From a virus (taxonomy: Duplodnaviria > Caudoviricetes), in the IMG/VR virus record IMGVR_UViG_3300008085_000053, positions 1 through 42,919 of that record: a DNA stretch of 42,919 nt; one strand, 5' to 3'. The position numbers were made by a program, and so were the translations under genes. Positions 42,505 to 42,919 of this stretch are shown here, piece after piece. The stretch's first letter is position 1. The number at the start of each line of letters is the position of its first letter. The notes beneath the pieces were generated by a model, which was not told where the DNA came from, did not search any database, and was given only the letters and a program-made list of their open reading frames with translations.

Positions 42505-42919
42505 TCACGCTTGAGAGGTCAGGGCTTTGGCACCAGCTGACACGCCCCGGCCAAGAGACACGTTCTTTCCATCGCGTGCACCTGCTTGAGCGGCTGCATG
42601 GTTCTTCACTTGAGTGCCTTTCGTCTGATCGGAGACAAGGCCCGGGGCAATCGTCTCGAGGAAGGCAGCAACGACCTGAGCCTTCTCAAGCAGCATCAAC
42701 TCCGTTCCATTGCCAGGCACCTCTTCACGAACCTCCTTGAGGGATCGCGTCAAGGCATTGAGCTTGGCACTCACTGCGGCGCCGAACCCGACAAGGTAGG
42801 AGTTCCGCTCAGCCGTCACAGAAATACCCCGGGCCCCGGCAGCAGCTTCAGCGAGGATATGGCTGAACAACCAGGATGCTTGGTCGACGTCGCTCCTGTA
42901 TCCAGCGAAGTGCACCAGC
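42505..42919 (-). CDS. DUF2786-associated protein C-terminal region (partial; start lies beyond the window)
   Basis: F.G...DV..A..L; RNSYLVGF...V..KL; AAAQAG..DG..VSL.RGV; frame open to the window edge. Confidence 0.55.
   Translation of the reverse strand, partial: LVHFAGYRSDVDQASWLFSHILAEAAAGARGISVTAERNSYLVGFGAAVSAKLNALTRSLKEVREEVPGNGTELMLLEKAQVVAAFLETIAPGLVSDQTKGTQVKNHAAAQAGARDGKNVSLGRGVSAGAKALTSQA

Overview
This window is part of a tailed dsDNA phage (siphovirus) genome, most likely infecting an alphaproteobacterium such as a member of Rhodobacterales. The host inference rests on the RcGTA-like tail-tip genes and a CtrA-like domain. Bases 1-15.4 kb (+ strand) hold the end of the tail tube gene, tail chaperones with a -1 frameshift, the tape measure, GTA g12-g15-like genes, a DUF2793 fibre, an endolysin/holin/spanin cassette, and a regulator that appears to fuse a GafA/DUF6456-like domain with a CtrA-type winged helix. 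Bases 15.5-37.9 kb (- strand) hold a class II RNR, a nucleotide-metabolism cluster, SNF2 helicase, family A DNA polymerase, SSB, Cas4-like nuclease, ATP-dependent ligase, two HNH endonucleases and small early genes. The cluster comprises DHFR, dCMP deaminase, a thymidylate-synthase homologue with the dCMP-specific Asp, and a MazG-dNMP kinase fusion, which together suggest 5-methylcytosine DNA. Bases 38.0-40.4 kb (+) encode a primase-polymerase/helicase. Bases 40.5-42.9 kb hold leftward early genes and a candidate origin. Non-coding signals read by eye include about 11 related sigma70-type promoters, a promoter-to-terminator structured RNA upstream of the polymerase gene, and a 28-bp covarying hairpin repeat in three copies. 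Five unrelated proteins share a C-terminal DP[LT](A) tag. All family assignments come from motif recognition; no database searches were run.
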